From positions 341,186,001 to 341,250,000 of the forward strand of contig OZ024742.1 in assembly GCA_964016885.1 (NCBI GenBank): a stretch of 64,000 nt of DNA. The letters run 5' to 3'. A program made the position numbers and the translations under genes. The notes under the pieces are model-generated. The model made no database searches and was not told the origin of the DNA. It worked only from the letters and a program-made list of their open reading frames with translations. This document shows, piece by piece, positions 62,900 through 64,000 of the stretch. Numbering within the stretch: position 1 is the stretch's first letter; each line of letters starts with the position of its first letter. Source of the stretch: Eledone cirrhosa. Taxonomy: Eukaryota.

Positions 62900-63264
62900 C
62901 ATGCTGTAGGCATGCACTCAGAATTAGCTTGACAACTCACAGAACATAAGAAGTTGTCCTGGGAGAGATTGGTGTCAATCAACAGTTGGTTGAAACAGCA
63001 AAGAAGAAGAATGCTTAGTATTTTGGTCAGATCATCAGGACCCCAAATTTGACTGCCCACTTCCTTGAAGAACGAAGAGAAGGGAAAAGGGCCAGGGAAT
63101 AACAGAAAAGGGGATGAGCATATAATATTAAGGAGTGGACGGGAAGGAGTTTGGGCAGAATGTATTGCAATGGCAAGAGACAGGAAAAGATGGAAAGTGT
63201 TGGTCCATAAGTCCATGACCCCAACCCTCAAATATGAGGATGGGATGAAGTAGTAGTAGTAGTA
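62900..63264 (+). mobile_element. RTE-like LINE 3' fragment with (TAG)n tail
   Basis: Degenerate YFGQIIR, KGKGPG and ARDRKRWK.LV motifs, then gtagtagtagtagta. Confidence 0.7.
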
Positions 63265-64000
63265 TTTGCTGAAGAAGTGATAGAAAAATAACTAATTACC
63301 TATACACGTTAGTATAAAGCTTCATTTAGGAATATATACGTCTGAGACACCATCTACAAGATAAGATAAGATGAAATGAGATGGTGTTAGTGTTAACACA
63401 TTTAACGGTGTGCACTTTTGTAGGTCATCATTTAATTTGCACTCTCACTTGATATTTCACAATCTAAACTATAATAAAGTAAGGAGTGCTGGACTGCCTC
63501 CAGAATATATTTTTTTTATCCCGTTTGTAAAATAAGTTGGATTACTTTGAATAAATAATGAATGAATATTACATAATTTATCTACTAAATTTCGTTATTC
63601 TTGATTAAATATAACTAATTGTGTTGCTTATTTTAAAATTCACTTCTTTAAAATTTTCAAATGTCAACACTTCCGGTTAGCGATCGCTTAAATAAACATT
63701 CATATATTTCCGTCACTAATTTTCTCCTAATGCACTTTATATATAATATCGTCTTTTTTTAATATATCATGGATTATTTTACTGATTACATAAGACTGTG
63801 TAACGCAGTCTTCGTTCAATTTCTGTGTATATTGTCAATTACGATTTTATTTGATGTATCATATCTACATGCATATATACTTGCGTATAATATCAAGTTA
63901 CACACTACACATGCTAGTACTCATAACGATGGAAATATTAGCGTCCAGGGTCCCCGAACAACCGCTCTATTTGCGATAGATATGGTTATCAATAAGAACG

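Overview
AT-rich eukaryotic (metazoan) intergenic or intronic DNA made almost entirely of retroelements and microsatellites. The SINEs resemble octopod cephalopod SINEs, but that is from memory and not verified. No host protein-coding gene is recognisable. The window holds: (1) four long L1/Tx1-clade LINEs, one with an intact 1139-aa ORF2, and two R4/Dong-like RLE LINE fragments, all inserted in (AAT)n/(ATT)n tracts; (2) many Penelope-like element (PLE) copies and pLTR/3'-end remnants in (TA)n tracts, often as fold-back palindromes, including a 3.7-kb head-to-head duplication; (3) tRNA-derived SINEs, RTE fragments, a non-autonomous Helitron, and mariner- and piggyBac-type MITEs. The main signal outside the ORF track is more than 20 type I hammerhead ribozyme (HHR) motifs from about 12 repeat families, read by eye. 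Their cores include compensatory swaps of the 3-8 tertiary pair (CUGAAGA to GUGAACA within one family; UUGACAA in another), recurrent U4C and A6U variants, and an apparent extra helix in domain II. One ~420-bp non-coding tandem unit looks retrozyme-like, and one of its breakpoints lies 3 nt from the predicted cleavage site. The Tx1-like LINEs share a covarying 3' stem-loop with the commonest SINE, carry a conserved splice-donor motif just before ORF2, and are mosaic in their modules. All structures and alignments were done by eye, and coordinates of degenerate elements are approximate.
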